Positions 10,325 through 21,013 of a stretch of DNA of 64,000 bases are shown here, one piece after another. The position numbers and the translations under genes were made by a program. The notes under the pieces were generated by a model that was not told the DNA's origin, did not search any database, and was given only the letters and a program-made list of their open reading frames with translations. Positions within the stretch are counted from its first letter, which is position 1; each line of letters starts with the position of its first letter. Location: the NCBI GenBank assembly GCA_964486045.1, contig CAZALK010000013.1, positions 46,841 through 110,840 of the forward strand, given 5' to 3'. This DNA comes from an uncultured archaeon (lineage in GTDB: Archaea > Asgardarchaeota > Lokiarchaeia > Sigyniarchaeales > SOKP01).

Positions 10325-10606
10325 TTGAAATATCCACGAACAACCAAACGATACTGTCCCAAGTGTCGTTCACATAAAATTCATAATGTTTCACTTTACA
10401 AAAAAGGTAAAGAACGAGCTTTAAATCAAGGAAGGAGAAGATTAGAAAGGAAAAAAAGAGGCTACGGAAGTTTTCCAAAACCGATCTTTCACAAAAATGC
10501 TAAAGTTAATAAAAGGAGCGTTCCTATACTGGAATGTTCAGAATGTGGTAAAAAACATTATGCAAAATCTTATCGTGTAAAAAAATTCGAATTACAAGAA
10601 GTTTAA
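10325..10606 (+). CDS. rpl44e: 50S ribosomal protein L44e (eL42)
   Basis: YCPKC..H, RRLERKKRGYG, LECSECGK. Confidence 0.96.
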   Translation: MKYPRTTKRYCPKCRSHKIHNVSLYKKGKERALNQGRRRLERKKRGYGSFPKPIFHKNAKVNKRSVPILECSECGKKHYAKSYRVKKFELQEV

Positions 10607-10628
10607 CAAAAAATAAGGAGATCTCAAC

Positions 10629-10835
10629 ATGGCAAGAAATAAAAAATCAAAAATTCTAATTCCACACCCAAATAGCAGGTTTCTTCGTGTGAAGTGCTTA
10701 AATTGTGGTAATCAACAAATAATTTTTGGATGTTCCGCAACCGATGTTCAATGTCTAGTCTGTGGGAAAACTTTACTTCAATCTACAGGTGGGAAAGCAA
10801 GAATTTTAACAAAAATCTTGGAAGTTCTTTCTTAA
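10629..10835 (+). CDS. rps27e: 30S ribosomal protein S27e
   Basis: [18 protein letters not shown]...CLVCG...TGGKA. Confidence 0.97.
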   Translation: MARNKKSKILIPHPNSRFLRVKCLNCGNQQIIFGCSATDVQCLVCGKTLLQSTGGKARILTKILEVLS

Positions 10836-10839
10836 GGAT

Positions 10840-11319
10840 TTATCTCAAATCTACTCGGAGTTCAAGATCACCAACAGCTAATTTTTTTCTTGTAGGTCTG
10901 AAACCTAACTTTTTATAAGACTCTAAAGCATCTTTGTTTTGTGGTAAAGTATATATAATCAACTCTTTAGCATTATACTTGGATTTTACATATTGGAATA
11001 CCAAACCCATAGCTTTTTTGCCAAATCCTTGGTTTTGATATTTATCTGCGATCATAAATCTCCAGATGTAGAGATAATCTTTGAAATGCTTAATGAATTT
11101 ATATTTCAGCGAATTATCACCAAGCATAATAAGTCCGATAGCAATTTCTCCGCAATATATAGCGCGCATCCATGCTTCTTTATAGAAGTAGGCATCTGCC
11201 ATTGATACAGCATTTGAAGCAATCAAGTATCTTTGGTTAGGTTTTACTCTTAGACTTGTTATTTCACGGTAATTTCGTCTCGTTATTCTGCGCAATGTTA
11301 TTTCATTATTTTTAGTCAA
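10840..11319 (-). CDS. GNAT family N-acetyltransferase
   Basis: IWRFMIADKYQNQGFGK acetyl-CoA motif; YKKLGF. Confidence 0.88.
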   Translation of the reverse strand: MTKNNEITLRRITRRNYREITSLRVKPNQRYLIASNAVSMADAYFYKEAWMRAIYCGEIAIGLIMLGDNSLKYKFIKHFKDYLYIWRFMIADKYQNQGFGKKAMGLVFQYVKSKYNAKELIIYTLPQNKDALESYKKLGFRPTRKKLAVGDLELRVDLR

Positions 11320-11520
11320 AATTTCATCATCAAGAGGATTTAAATTTTCTTTTAATAATTTTGAATTTTTTTAATTATAATATGCCTGCTATTAAAATAT
11401 ATATTAAAAAGATCGTGAAACTGTTCTTTCACGTTTAAATAACTAAGTCTACATAATATAATATTTTTAATTTATTATATAAGATTTGTCTACCCTTAAC
11501 ACCATGTGCACTTATGTAGA

Positions 11521-11853
11521 TTAATATTCACGCCATGTAAATTTGCACTTTAAACATCTAAAAAAATGAGTACTTGGTTCATCAGCACTTCGCATTTGCA
11601 TTTGCCATGTTTCTGCTTCATTATTATTACATTTGGGACAAATTTCTTTTACTTTAGGAAGCACTGAAATCTTATCCTCTTGCTTTACAATGATCAAATT
11701 TCCTTCTAAAGCTTCTTTTTTTTTATTTATGTTTTTTTCATCAATATGCACTTCCGTACTCTTTTGATACCCGCATGCACATACAAGATATGCATCCCCA
11801 CCTTCTATTCTTCTACGTAAAAGATTGGAGCACTCAGGACAAAATTGTACTAT
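11521..11853 (-). CDS. tfs: Transcription factor S (TFS/RpoM family), 110 aa, apparently with an ATA start
   Basis: N-terminal ribbon FCPECSNLL...CACGY lies upstream of the called ORF in the same frame; C-terminal CPKC...QMRSADEP.T.FFRC..C...WREY; GGTGA SD-like motif before ATA; in-frame TGA three codons upstream. Confidence 0.92.
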   Translation of the reverse strand: MVQFCPECSNLLRRRIEGGDAYLVCACGYQKSTEVHIDEKNINKKKEALEGNLIIVKQEDKISVLPKVKEICPKCNNNEAETWQMQMRSADEPSTHFFRCLKCKFTWREY

Positions 11854-11883
11854 GTGATATCACCTATTTTCTTCTTTTCAAAT

Positions 11884-12216
11884 TTACCCATATTTCTTTT
11901 TGAGTTCATATAATTTCTTATAATACTCAAAGTTTAATTGATTCTTATCCTGGATAATCTCTGCTAAAATAATTCTTTTTTCACTACCTTCTTTAACAAG
12001 ATTACCAATTACGTTAATTAAATCATCTTCTTTGAGATTAAATTCAATATTTTTAATGGTAACCTTGATTTTTCCGGTTTTGTCATCTAAAACAAATTGC
12101 TCTTCTCCGACAAGATCCTTTACATAACCTGTGATTTGAACCCTCTCATCCTCGTTTTTAATGTCACCTATTATTCTTTGCTTCGCGAATTGTGTTGGCA
12201 TTTTTTTAATTAACAT
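11884..12216 (-). CDS. Single OB-fold protein (RPA small-subunit-like); likely ATG at 12201
   Basis: RVQITGYV...FVLDDKTGKIKV...DLINVIG OB-fold pattern; next to tfs/PCNA. Confidence 0.7.
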   Translation of the reverse strand: MLIKKMPTQFAKQRIIGDIKNEDERVQITGYVKDLVGEEQFVLDDKTGKIKVTIKNIEFNLKEDDLINVIGNLVKEGSEKRIILAEIIQDKNQLNFEYYKKLYELKKKYG

Positions 12217-12378
12217 TCCAATTTATTTCATTAATAAACATTGAAATTAAGGATAGGTATAAATAATTAATTTAATACACAGATTTGGTTTTATTAAAAG
12301 ACTAATATTAAATATTATTAATAATGTCAATAAAACTTTATTATCTTAATTATAATTGGATAAAAATACTGAAGGAAT

Positions 12379-13182
12379 ATGAGCTTTACGTTAAAATTAG
12401 AAAATAGTCGGATATTAAAAGGGATTGTTGAAACTCTCGCCAGTATTATTGATGAAACTGAGTTTCGAGTCACTCCTAAAGATTTTACTATTTCAGCGAT
12501 GGATCCAAGTAGAATTTGTCTTCTGAAATTATCCATCAAGAAGGATGATTTTGATGAATTTGAATGTAGTAAAGAATCTAAAATTGGCTTAAACTTGGAT
12601 GATCTGGATAAAATTTTAAAAAGGAGTACTACAAATGACACAGTTGAAATAAATTTTAATGAATCTGACCAAAAGATTAAAATTAAAATGCAGAGAGAGG
12701 GAGTATCTAGAACAAGGACATTTAGCTTGGCATTATTAGATATCGACATCGAAGAAATTCCGATGGATAATTTACTTAAAATAGATTATCCTTCAAAGTG
12801 GGTAATAGATACAGATTTTTTGGTAGAAGCTATTAAAGATGCTGAAATTTACTCTGAAATTCTTAATATAAACGCAAACGAAGGAAAAGGTCTTATCTTT
12901 AGCTCTTCAGGACAAATTGGTGAAATGGAATACGACCTCAATGATGAGGATTTAATTGAGAGCCAAATTCAAGGATCAAGCTCGGGAGCATATTCATTAA
13001 CTTTTTTAAAGGCGATATTAAAGATTGCCTCAATAACAGAAAAGTTAGAGATATCGTTAAAAACTGATCATCCATTAAAAATGAATTTTGATCTTCTTGA
13101 AGGTGGTGAACTGAGCTACTTCCTTGCTCCTAGAGTAGAAGAAGAAGAATTTGGAGACGACGATGATATGGACGAATTTTAA
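12379..13182 (+). CDS. pcn: PCNA sliding clamp
   Basis: AMDPSRICLL, YSLTFLK, YFLAPRVEE. Confidence 0.97.
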   Translation: MSFTLKLENSRILKGIVETLASIIDETEFRVTPKDFTISAMDPSRICLLKLSIKKDDFDEFECSKESKIGLNLDDLDKILKRSTTNDTVEINFNESDQKIKIKMQREGVSRTRTFSLALLDIDIEEIPMDNLLKIDYPSKWVIDTDFLVEAIKDAEIYSEILNINANEGKGLIFSSSGQIGEMEYDLNDEDLIESQIQGSSSGAYSLTFLKAILKIASITEKLEISLKTDHPLKMNFDLLEGGELSYFLAPRVEEEEFGDDDDMDEF

Positions 13183-14075
13183 TTTTTTTTTTAAATCTTT
13201 GTTACAGGGATGAAATAATCGAAAATACGAATTTTGAATTATTTGACCTCATGTTTTACTTATGAGAGATGAACCAGAAATTAGCAAAGAAATTTATGAG
13301 AAATTAGAAAAACACTTGAGAAATTTCTTTAAAAATAATAATTTGAAAAGTTACATTAGTAATCAGACTTGGTGTCAAGAAAAAAATTATCATCCGTTTC
13401 AATTGATTACCACGTAATACAGAAAAAATAATCAATAAAAGAGATTAAGACCTTCTTATTTGAATTTATATTGTCGGAATCATTATGAAACTTCCAAAAT
13501 TTTACGAAAATATATAGTATAATACAATAGAATTGATTTTTAAAGTTTATAATGTGAAAAAATAATTATATTCTACAACCAATTAAAGACTTGGAGTCAA
13601 GAAAGTCATATAGTCTCTGATTAATCCCTTAACATTTTCCCTTTTCCTTATATTGAAAGTTCTCGACTCGAAATCAAAACCCATAGCCTATTAATAATTA
13701 TCCTTTAAAAGCATATTAATATAAATTCATTATGGAGTTAAAAAACTTCAGTTTTGATTTTTCAAAAGATTCAAAAATCACAATTACATTGAATCTTGAC
13801 GAACAAAAAGAATTAATTTCTAAATATATTGTAAAAAGGAAAAAACGAATAGACGATTGGATGTAGGATTCCCGAAGTCTAAATCGTTTTTACCTATTAT
13901 TAATATATTCTTTTTTTTTTTAAAAATGTTGTTATGCTAAAAGAATTAAGCCAATAATAAAACTCCACATGACCTTATATTTTACAACCTAACAATCGAA
14001 GTGAAATAAAATGAGTGAAAAATAATTTCATTTTTATCTTATACTGAAATTGTAAAATAGAGTGTAAATCAATAA

Positions 14076-14321
14076 TTACTATTCATTTATCAAAGTGATA
14101 AAAACATCATTTCAGGAAATAAATTTATTGGAAATAAAATTTGTATCATTGAAATTAATTGCCAGGAGAATTATTTTGAAAATAACGATTGTGATGTTGA
14201 TGAGGAACAACCAGATAATGAACCAGCCATTCCTGGATATAACCTATTCATTTTACTTGGCATTCTATCCATTGTAGCAATCATTATAAGTAAATACGAA
14301 AAGCATCCACCCAAATTTTAG
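14076..14321 (+). pseudogene. C-terminal remnant of a surface protein (beta-helix repeat end + Loki-CTERM-like sorting signal)
   Basis: Startless frame LLFIYQSDKNIISGNKFIGNKICIIEINCQENYFENNDC...PAIPGYNLFILLGILSIVAIIISKYEKHPPKF*. Confidence 0.7.
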
Positions 14322-14329
14322 AAATATTG

Positions 14330-15027
14330 AACTCTTAATTCTGATTCTACAATATACATTTTTATTTGTGGTACTCTTCTCATCCTTAATATACAGAACT
14401 CCGAAACAGGATAATGCACCCCAAATAACCCCTCAAGTACACTTTCAACAGTCAATGGTCTTCTACTTCCTTAGTTTTTCCAAAAAAATCACGTGATGTG
14501 CATCAAATTTTGCATAATCAATTGATGTGAGGATGACTAGTCGTCTCCTAATAATTTGTGATATAAAGCGGATAATATTCTTTTTCAAGAGGGGGCACCA
14601 CGGGGGAGGGAGGCAATAGCATTTTCAAAGGAATTTTCATTGGAAACGGACTCTGAATTTACCTTTAGTTCCTCTAGGAATTGTAGATTCGCCTTTAGGC
14701 TTTGAAAAATGTTGGCCGTCAATAGTTTTTGGTCTAAAGATGCAAATTTAGAAGTGATTAATGGTTGGAGAGGATTAAGGAGTTTAACAGCTGGACTTGG
14801 AGGCACAGATATTGCATCAACCCCATTTTCTTGAAGTTTAGTACTTGAAATTAAAGTTTCACGAACAATCGTTACATTCCGGAAAGCACACTAAATGCAA
14901 GAAAATAATCCAGGTTAAAGTAGGGGGTCGTATCATGCTTTAAGGTAGAATATAGTTTATAACCTTTTAATAATCTTTAAGTCTTGCAGGATTAAGTATC
15001 CTAAAGTGCTCCCCAGTCTTAAGAGTT
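14330..15027 (-). mobile_element. Possible decayed IS/MITE remnant
   Basis: 12/14 inverted repeat (AACTCTTAATTCTG 14330-14343 versus revcomp of 15014-15027) around broken minus-strand ORF pieces; no clear target-site duplication. Confidence 0.3.
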
Positions 15028-15111
15028 ATTTTACTGTTCATCCAAGTGTGTTTTTCAGCAAAATTTTTTGAAAAAAATTTAATATTTAGTCAATAAAATA
15101 TATCTATTATT

Positions 15112-16092
15112 ATGCAAACAATAATAATCGTTTTACTTGTAATCGTAGTTTTCATTATTCTCTTGACAATTAGTTTTAAGAAGTGGAAAAAATCCGCAAG
15201 TAGAGTAATGGATGATGGAGAAGTAATGGAGACAGCGATGGGGAAAATACATTACAAACTAACTGGAGAGGGACCAGTGTTATTTTTTATGCATGGGGGA
15301 CCTGGTGGAATTGACCAAGCTGTCTTACTTGATGATATAGTTCAAGAAGGATATTCATTACTCGTTGTCTCAAGGCCCGGATATCTAAGAACACCTTTTG
15401 CTCCTCTATCTTATGAGGAACAAGTTGATCAGTATGTGGAATTATTAGACAAGTTAGCAATCGATAAGGTTGTTGCCATGGGATACTCAGCCGGTGGTCC
15501 GCTTGCACTCAACTTTGCTAATAAATACTCAGAGAGAACTCATGCTCTGGTGATGGAAGCTGGTGTTAGTACAGTATACGAGAGTGAGGAAGCGATGGAT
15601 TCATTTTGGGCGAAACTATTTATGAGTAATCGAATACAAGATTTCTTTAGCTGGATTTCTGTAAAAGCTATTAAAATAGCTTTCAAGATGGTATTCAAGA
15701 GTATAATCGGCATGGAAACTTTACTTGACAAGGAAGGAATTAAGAAGTTTACTGATCTGGTTTCAAATGATAAGGAGAGAAGGAGATGGTTAATAAAATT
15801 TATGGATACAACCGTTCCAATGAGTATACGAAAACTTGGTCTTAATCATGATATAGAGCTCTTAACATCGATCGAGAAGATTCCAGTTGATAATATTAAT
15901 GTAAAATCCTTATTAGTCTATAGTAAAGAAGATAATGATGTTAAATGGTTAAATGCTGAATATCTCGAAAGCAACCTCAAAGATTTTGAGCTATTGGTGA
16001 CACATGGAGGCCATTTCATGTGGATAGGAGAAGATATGGATAAAATAAAATCAAAAAGAATTGAATTTTTAAAATCAATAAATTTTGAGTAA
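15112..16092 (+). CDS. Membrane-anchored alpha/beta hydrolase
   Basis: N-terminal TM; HGGPGG, SRPGY, GYSAGG nucleophile elbow, D and GGH catalytic residues. Confidence 0.9.
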   Translation: MQTIIIVLLVIVVFIILLTISFKKWKKSASRVMDDGEVMETAMGKIHYKLTGEGPVLFFMHGGPGGIDQAVLLDDIVQEGYSLLVVSRPGYLRTPFAPLSYEEQVDQYVELLDKLAIDKVVAMGYSAGGPLALNFANKYSERTHALVMEAGVSTVYESEEAMDSFWAKLFMSNRIQDFFSWISVKAIKIAFKMVFKSIIGMETLLDKEGIKKFTDLVSNDKERRRWLIKFMDTTVPMSIRKLGLNHDIELLTSIEKIPVDNINVKSLLVYSKEDNDVKWLNAEYLESNLKDFELLVTHGGHFMWIGEDMDKIKSKRIEFLKSINFE

Positions 16093-16266
16093 AGCACTAT
16101 CCGGAAAAGTCTTATTTTTAACAAAGATAAGAACCTTCACAAATAACAGGAATCAAACCATTTATGTTCCGAACACCAATATAACTCGAAGATATTACAC
16201 TATCTTCTTTACTTTTCTATTTTCTCATTTCCAGCATTCTCTTTAAGAATTAGTAATCAGTTATAT

Positions 16267-17349
16267 TCATGAATAAATGTATTCCTTAACATTTTGTTCT
16301 TTATTAAGGATTTCTGACAATGCCCGTTCAAAATGTACATTCGTAATTTGAGTCTCTCTCTCTCTTAGGCACTTAATACCTGCTTCAGTAACCAATGCTT
16401 TAATATGTGCTCCACTTAAACCTTCTGTTTTCTTTGCTAAGTTTTTAAAATTTACATCTTTCAAATTCATTTTTCTCGAATGAATTTTTAATATCATTAA
16501 TCGAGCCTCCTCATTCGGTAGATTGAACCTAATAATCCTATCAAATCGTCCTGGACGCAAGATTGCAGGATCCAATACGTCTTCTCTATTAGTCGCTGCT
16601 AAGAACATGATTCCTTGGGTATTTGCAAAACCGTCTAATTCTGAAAGGAGTTGCATGAAAGTTCTTTGCACTTCGCGGTCACCCTTATATACTTCACTAG
16701 TCCGTTTAATGGCAATTGCGTCAATTTCATCAATAAAGATTATTGCTGGAGTGTTAACTTTAGCTAATGTAAAGACCTCTCGTACCATTCTGGATCCTTC
16801 TCCAATAAATTTTTGAACAAGGTCAGATCCTACTAAATGGATGAACCGGGCATTAGTTGAATTTGCTATTGCTTTTGCTAATAATGTCTTTCCTGTTCCA
16901 GGTGGGCCAGATAAAAGCGCACCTGAGGGTGGGTCAATCCCAATTACCTTAAATAATTCTGGTTCTAATAATGGTAGTTCAATTACTTCTCGAATTGCCT
17001 CAATCTGTGCATCTAACCCTCCAATATCCTCAAATGAAACCTGTGGGATTTCAATCAGTTCCATTGAAGTAACTCTACCTCCAATATTCTTCGAGAGGAT
17101 TTCAATTATGACAAAGCTTTTACCATGCAAAGAGACCGTATCTCCTGGCTCAGGCTTTAGGTCTGGACGTTGAGGAATTAGAAGTTGATTTCCGGGGGCA
17201 TGAGATACGATTACACGCCCATCTTTTAAAACCTTTTGAACTTGTCCAACTATTAAGGGGCTAGTCTTCATGGTTTCTAACACATACCTTAGCTGTTCGT
17301 TTTCTCTCTGTAAACTTTTAATTCTCTTTATATCTGATTCTGCTGTCAT
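16267..17349 (-). CDS. pan: Proteasome-activating nucleotidase (AAA+)
   Basis: Coiled coil + OB; DIGGL, GPPGTGKT, IFIDEIDAI, DREVQRT, RPGRFDR; C-terminal HbYX (IYS). Confidence 0.92.
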   Translation of the reverse strand: MTAESDIKRIKSLQRENEQLRYVLETMKTSPLIVGQVQKVLKDGRVIVSHAPGNQLLIPQRPDLKPEPGDTVSLHGKSFVIIEILSKNIGGRVTSMELIEIPQVSFEDIGGLDAQIEAIREVIELPLLEPELFKVIGIDPPSGALLSGPPGTGKTLLAKAIANSTNARFIHLVGSDLVQKFIGEGSRMVREVFTLAKVNTPAIIFIDEIDAIAIKRTSEVYKGDREVQRTFMQLLSELDGFANTQGIMFLAATNREDVLDPAILRPGRFDRIIRFNLPNEEARLMILKIHSRKMNLKDVNFKNLAKKTEGLSGAHIKALVTEAGIKCLRERETQITNVHFERALSEILNKEQNVKEYIYS

Positions 17350-17605
17350 TTCACTTAATAAAAATTTACTTCTAAGAAAAATTTTTTCATGGAAACTTTG
17401 CAGGAAATAAATTATATGATATAGACTAATAGTATAAAATGTGAAAAATTGTGGTTCATTTCTATTTATGTATAGTTTATTAGTTTGTTAATAGATTCAT
17501 TAAAATTATCATTAAATCCTTTTACTCTTAATCTATTAATGCTTAAACCCATCAAATCTCTATCAAGTAAAATAATAATTATTGAAATCAGAAATTTATT
17601 GAATA

Positions 17606-18772
17606 ATGAGCGTTCTTTTCGAATTAGTTAAACGTTATCCTTGGCTTCCTTCTTTAAAGAAACATTATCCTAAAAAATCCTCAATGGGTCCTATAGATTT
17701 CATTAATCAAATATTCGCGTTAGATAATAATAATATAAAAGAAAGAGTCTTGGAGTTTTTTAAAGCCGCCTTCAATAAAATTGAAGATTTCTCTTTTTAT
17801 ATGGATAACGAGGCAAATATTGACTTCTACTTAGTAATCAAGATTTTCTTAAGTATATTGAATAACAAACAAATTGCTAATAAAATTGCTGAGTTATACT
17901 CAAAGATCACCTATAGGAGCTTGAATAGGGAGATAAGTAAGGATTTTAATCTGTATTATATTTATAAAGATTTAGGCTTTGATATCCTTTATTCTGAGGA
18001 AGCTATAATCTACAAAAAAATTAAGATAAAAGAACAAGATTTTAATCTAAAAACCAAGTTTAGAATCCATTTTGTTAATTATTTGAAACTTGCATCCAGC
18101 CTGAGAGACAATTATCGTAAATTAGTCAATAATTCATTATCTAATGGTTATGTATTTATTCAACCTGATGATATCAATAGGTTAATACAAGAATATGTTA
18201 GAATTAAATTTCTGAATCAAATAAATATTGAGGATCTTAGAAAAGAGTTATTTAAAAATCAAACATTTAGAATTCTATATGAAGTAATCAGTGAAAACTG
18301 GGAAGAGAAGAAAGAAGAATTTGAATATTCCTTTGAAGTGGGATTTAAGAAAGATCAAGATGTAAGTAAGTATTTACCTCCATGTATCCAAGAAATTCTT
18401 GCTAAAATAAAAGAAGGACAGAATTTAATCCATACAGAGCGTTTGGGCATTGTGTGGTTTTTAAATGCACTGGAATACCCCGAAGAAGAAATAATAAACC
18501 TTTTTTCCTCTCTTCCTGACTTTAACAGAGATAAAACTGGATATCAGGTTAGATTTGCTATTAAAAAAGGCTATACTCCTTATTCATGTAAAACACTAAA
18601 ATCCTATAGTTTGTGTATGGCGAAAAAGTATAAGGATAAATTATGTTTAAAAGGTTATTTCTCTAAGAAATATGACGTACAGAAGAAAATCTCACACCCT
18701 CTTTTTTACGTCCAATTTACACAATTTGTGTCTGCAGTGAAAAAAAAAAAAATAATTAGCGGTCAAGAATAA
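17606..18772 (+). CDS. priL: DNA primase large subunit
   Basis: RYPWL, PPCI, PDFN...TGYQV, YTPYSC Fe-S cysteines; upstream of priS. Confidence 0.9.
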   Translation: MSVLFELVKRYPWLPSLKKHYPKKSSMGPIDFINQIFALDNNNIKERVLEFFKAAFNKIEDFSFYMDNEANIDFYLVIKIFLSILNNKQIANKIAELYSKITYRSLNREISKDFNLYYIYKDLGFDILYSEEAIIYKKIKIKEQDFNLKTKFRIHFVNYLKLASSLRDNYRKLVNNSLSNGYVFIQPDDINRLIQEYVRIKFLNQINIEDLRKELFKNQTFRILYEVISENWEEKKEEFEYSFEVGFKKDQDVSKYLPPCIQEILAKIKEGQNLIHTERLGIVWFLNALEYPEEEIINLFSSLPDFNRDKTGYQVRFAIKKGYTPYSCKTLKSYSLCMAKKYKDKLCLKGYFSKKYDVQKKISHPLFYVQFTQFVSAVKKKKIISGQE

Positions 18773-18777
18773 TTATA

Positions 18778-20064
18778 ATGGATGACATTCAATATTTAAA
18801 ACGGCGCTTTATAGATTACTATAAAGAAAATAGAGCAAATCTACCATTAGTAAATTCATTTGATGAGAGAGAATTTGGATTTATTCCATGGGATACGCAA
18901 ATAAGGATGATAAGACATATGAATTTTTCAAGTAGGGAGAATTTGGTGAAAAATTTGTTTAGTAATGGACCTCGACATGTATATTCAAGCGGGGCACTTT
19001 ATTTGCAACCAGAAAATAAAGATATGGAGGGAAAGGGTTTTAAAGGATGTGATTTAATCATTGATATTGATGCCGATCACTTTTATACTCCTTGCAAAGA
19101 AGATCATGACCTTTGGTATTGTAAGGATTGTGGAAAAAGTGGAAGGGGAATAGTGGATCATTGTCCAAATTGCAAAAAATCAAAATTTAAAACTTTGACT
19201 TGGATTTGTGAGAAGTGTCTAGATGTAGCAAAAAATGAGATAATTAAATTAATTTATGATTTTTTAGTTCCGGATTTAGGAATTGATTTAAATTATGTGA
19301 AAATCGCATTTTCAGGACACCGTGGGTATCATCTGAAAATAGAAAATGAAAAAATAAGAACTCTTTCTTCCGATGAAAGACGAGAACTTGCGGATTATTT
19401 TGCAGGAGAAAATATTTCCTTTGAAATATTAGGTTTACAAGCCAAAGGTGGAACTTTTTATCGCTTTTCAAAAGACAATATTGGTTGGGCTCAAAAAATC
19501 ATACGAAAGACTGTAGAAATACTTAATAAACCTACTACAGAAATAGAAAAATTATTATCAAATAAAGAAAAATTCAATTTTACTAAAAATTATGTTAAAA
19601 GTCTAATAAATTCCAAGCAGGATTTTCTTAATAAACTTAATGAAGATAAGAGACTGTCATTACCTTCAATTGAAGGTTTTGGAATAGCTAGTTGGAAAAG
19701 ATTCTTCACAGGGGTAGTTCATGAACTTAGAGTAGAAATTGATACACCTGTTACCATAGATATCCATAGACTTATTAGATATCCGGGTTCTTTACATGGA
19801 AAAACAGGATTTAAAGTTCAAGAAATTTTACCAAATGAAATTGACGATTTTAGCCCATTAGACGAGAAAATTGAGAAGTTAGATCCAATAGTTTTTGAAA
19901 GTAAGGTCCAAACTACTCAAAAGTTAGAAATTCTAGAAGAACAAATACCAATTACTAAAATAAAGGGAGAAAAGTTTGGTCCTTATTCTAAGGGTGAAAT
20001 AATTGAAGTTCCCCATCACCTCGCAATTTTTTTATTATGTAAAGAAGTAGCAAAAACTATATGA
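18778..20064 (+). CDS. priS: DNA primase small (catalytic) subunit
   Basis: REFGF, DLIIDIDAD, FSGHRGYH, IDTPVTIDIHRLIRYPGSLHGKTG. Confidence 0.96.
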   Translation: MDDIQYLKRRFIDYYKENRANLPLVNSFDEREFGFIPWDTQIRMIRHMNFSSRENLVKNLFSNGPRHVYSSGALYLQPENKDMEGKGFKGCDLIIDIDADHFYTPCKEDHDLWYCKDCGKSGRGIVDHCPNCKKSKFKTLTWICEKCLDVAKNEIIKLIYDFLVPDLGIDLNYVKIAFSGHRGYHLKIENEKIRTLSSDERRELADYFAGENISFEILGLQAKGGTFYRFSKDNIGWAQKIIRKTVEILNKPTTEIEKLLSNKEKFNFTKNYVKSLINSKQDFLNKLNEDKRLSLPSIEGFGIASWKRFFTGVVHELRVEIDTPVTIDIHRLIRYPGSLHGKTGFKVQEILPNEIDDFSPLDEKIEKLDPIVFESKVQTTQKLEILEEQIPITKIKGEKFGPYSKGEIIEVPHHLAIFLLCKEVAKTI

Positions 20065-20123
20065 TTTAAAACTTAATTGTATCTAGACTAGTGTTTCTAA
20101 ATTTAAAGTAAACAGATTCGGTA

Positions 20124-20795
20124 TTGATGAATTTAAAAAAAGATCATGAAAAGCTTTACCAACATTGGCTTAGCGAATTCCAACAAACAGAATTGACTCT
20201 TTTAAATAAGGAAATATTTGACAGCTACAAAAAAATTCTTAAAATTGTTAATGATCATAAAGAGGACACTAAAGATGACCTAAAGTTTAAGGTATTCGAA
20301 TCCTACAAGCAAAATTTTAACTATCTTTTTGATGATCTCTTAAAAATTCGCGAAATAAAAATTACTAACTTTGCTCTTGCTTTAAAAGATATTGAAGTAA
20401 ATAATATACTTGATGCTGAGAAATTACTTTACCAAAACTTAATTAGCTCGATAAAAGGCTATAAAAAAGTAAAAGCCGCCTCAATTTTTCAAGAAGACGA
20501 GGATTTAAAAACTGGTGAAACTGTCAATACTAACCTTAGTAGAACAAGAAAGATTGGTGAATCTGAAGTACCCATTAATGAAAAAGAACCAATCTCGCCT
20601 GAAATAAATTATGACGAACCAGAGGAGTGTATCGATTTTATGTTGCTAAGATTCCTAAAAGACACCCCCCCTTTAGTAGGAATTGATCTTCTAAATTATG
20701 GACCCTTTGAAAAAGAAGACATAGCAAATATGCCATCCCAGAATGCTAATATACTAATATTTGAAAAATTTGCAGAAAAAGTAGAATTGGCTTAA
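20124..20795 (+). CDS. GINS complex subunit (Gins15/Gins51 type)
   Basis: Helical A domain + C-terminal B domain (LRFLKDTPPLVGIDLLNYGPFEKEDIANMP); follows priS. Confidence 0.85.
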   Translation: MMNLKKDHEKLYQHWLSEFQQTELTLLNKEIFDSYKKILKIVNDHKEDTKDDLKFKVFESYKQNFNYLFDDLLKIREIKITNFALALKDIEVNNILDAEKLLYQNLISSIKGYKKVKAASIFQEDEDLKTGETVNTNLSRTRKIGESEVPINEKEPISPEINYDEPEECIDFMLLRFLKDTPPLVGIDLLNYGPFEKEDIANMPSQNANILIFEKFAEKVELA

Positions 20796-20797
20796 AT

Positions 20798-20983
20798 CTA
20801 TTTGAATTTTTCATCAAATTCTTCTCTGAAGTATTCTAATCGATATTTTCCATATTTATCCATTAAAGAAAATCTCGGTGGTCGTGGACTAACTAATTGC
20901 CCCCCACAATAATGACATTTTGATTCGGGGTTTGTTATTCCATATCTTTTACACTCTTTACACTTTTGTAAATATTTTGTCAT
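20798..20983 (-). CDS. nop10: H/ACA RNP protein Nop10
   Basis: KC..C..Y...C..CGG....PRPPRFS..DKYGKYR. Confidence 0.93.
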   Translation of the reverse strand: MTKYLQKCKECKRYGITNPESKCHYCGGQLVSPRPPRFSLMDKYGKYRLEYFREEFDEKFK

Positions 20984-21013
20984 GTGCCTAATACGCCTAG
21001 CTAATATGTTTTT

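Noticed and set aside
14095-14277. 60-aa ORF in the track
   Set aside because: Wrong frame; the overlapping frame 14076-14321 carries the recognisable IPGY-TM-basic sorting motif
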